The notes under the pieces were generated by a model. That model worked only from the letters and a program-made list of their open reading frames with translations. It searched no databases and was not told the DNA's origin. A DNA stretch of 64,000 nucleotides from Nitrosopumilaceae archaeon (GTDB lineage: Archaea > Thermoproteota > Nitrososphaeria > Nitrososphaerales > Nitrosopumilaceae), in the NCBI GenBank assembly GCA_965209085.1, contig OZ242376.1, forward strand, positions 1,152,001-1,216,000, written 5' to 3'. Each line of letters opens with the position of its first letter. Positions within the stretch are counted from its first letter, which is position 1. Shown one piece after another: positions 62,862 to 64,000 of the stretch. A program made the position numbers and the translations under genes.

Positions 62862-63804
62862 GGATGCAGTAACAAAGCCCGGATTTGCCCGCCATGAGAC
62901 ATTTCACTTACGGTATGGCTGGCTCAAGAAATGCTATAATTTTGTAAAGGAGAGAAACTCCTTTCAAGATGAGAGTGCACCAGTCAAGATGGGAGTTGGT
63001 AAAAACATGGCAAAATCAATCAGATTTTGGGGATTGGCAACTAAGATCATAGAGTATGATACGGATGGGAAGAGAAAATCAGAATCCCTCACTCCTACAG
63101 AATTTGGAGATTTCATATTTGATGAAAATGGATGCGATCCATATTTGGAAAAATCAGATACGGCTTGGCTATTACATTGGAATTTGTTTGCCCCACCCAC
63201 AATGCTGCCAGTATGGTGGATTTTAATGAATGAATTTGACGTGGTTCGCAGTACACCTGAGGACATGCTTAAATTTGCACATGATAAAATATCTCAAATT
63301 GCAGACTGGAAACAACCCAACATAAACTCGATAAAAAAAGATGTAGATGTATTCATACACACATACACGACAGGTCGCAACAAAAAAACCACAATGGAGG
63401 ATTATTTGGATTCGCCATTTCGTAGCATGAATATAATAAAACGTAGTAGTGTTGATTCCTCATTACATTTCACCTTGGGTAAAAAACTTGGCATGTCTGC
63501 AAATACTGCTGCATACATTTGCTTTGATTTTCTTAGCAAACGTGGAACTGGGTCTAAAACAATTGCGATAACCACACTTGCTACAGAACCTGGAGGACCT
63601 GGAAACGCATTAAAATTGGATGAGGGAAACCTTTTATCATTGTTGCATGAATCTGCAACCGAGCATTCTAATCTGTTTCACATACAAGAGGTAAATGGCA
63701 TGGCACATCTTTCATTTGAAAAATCTACCCAAATGTGCAAAGAAAAACTACAAAAAAGCATCTATGATGTAAACCCAATTTTGGAGGCTCGAGTTAAGGC
63801 ATGA
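62851..63804 (+). CDS. DUF4007 protein (SspB-like nickase)
   Basis: FARHETF.LRYGWLKK, GVGKNM..SIRFW, DPYLE...T.WLLHW.L. Confidence 0.9.
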   Translation: MRIEDAVTKPGFARHETFHLRYGWLKKCYNFVKERNSFQDESAPVKMGVGKNMAKSIRFWGLATKIIEYDTDGKRKSESLTPTEFGDFIFDENGCDPYLEKSDTAWLLHWNLFAPPTMLPVWWILMNEFDVVRSTPEDMLKFAHDKISQIADWKQPNINSIKKDVDVFIHTYTTGRNKKTTMEDYLDSPFRSMNIIKRSSVDSSLHFTLGKKLGMSANTAAYICFDFLSKRGTGSKTIAITTLATEPGGPGNALKLDEGNLLSLLHESATEHSNLFHIQEVNGMAHLSFEKSTQMCKEKLQKSIYDVNPILEARVKA

Positions 63805-64000
63805 AAATCAAATCTACTAAAACACACAAGGCCACCCCTCTAACTAGCATAGTTCAGCCAAAATCAGAATATGTCCGATCCGCCAATGTGGAACGTGATA
63901 CGTTTACATTAGATGCGTTTGCTCATTATGTTTCCGATTCTACAATAGTGGATGTAATTAGACGTGTGGTCGTATCCATGAACAAAAGTAAATCTGGTCG
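63801..64000 (+). CDS. Partial N-terminus of a probable SspC-like ATPase (runs off the window)
   Basis: ATGA overlap with DUF4007; MKIKSTK...YVRSANVERD, resembling the RS.N.ERD start of DUF4007-associated ATPases; Walker A not reached. Confidence 0.6.
   Translation, partial: MKIKSTKTHKATPLTSIVQPKSEYVRSANVERDTFTLDAFAHYVSDSTIVDVIRRVVVSMNKSKSG

Overview
AT-rich archaeal-looking DNA, most likely from a Nitrosopumilaceae (Thaumarchaeota) genome and plausibly a host-associated one (inferred from a thaumarchaeal-type N-terminal motif, leaderless-style promoters, giant surface proteins and IS load). The window is an accessory/defence island. It holds two giant secreted proteins: an LVIVD-repeat/Ig-like protein of >3586 aa running off the left edge, and a 2865-aa HExxH peptidase/Ig-like protein. 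It also carries about 20 IS elements, remnants and MITEs (IS3, IS5, IS66, IS110, IS630, IS1595) and many candidate antiviral genes: TIR, NDT-like-TPR, PIN plus viperin, SF1 helicase-unknown-PLD, SIR2-like plus DUF4209/HEPN, and PLD plus an sspA/sspB/sspC-like phosphorothioation cluster cut by the right edge. The most striking unannotated signal is non-coding. Two diverged IS110 (IS1111-like) copies share a 3' region that folds by eye into a two-loop bridge-RNA-like structure, with a constant loop matching the element's own ends and a variable loop matching the terminal repeats of other IS families where the copies sit. All calls come from reading motifs by eye; no searches were run.
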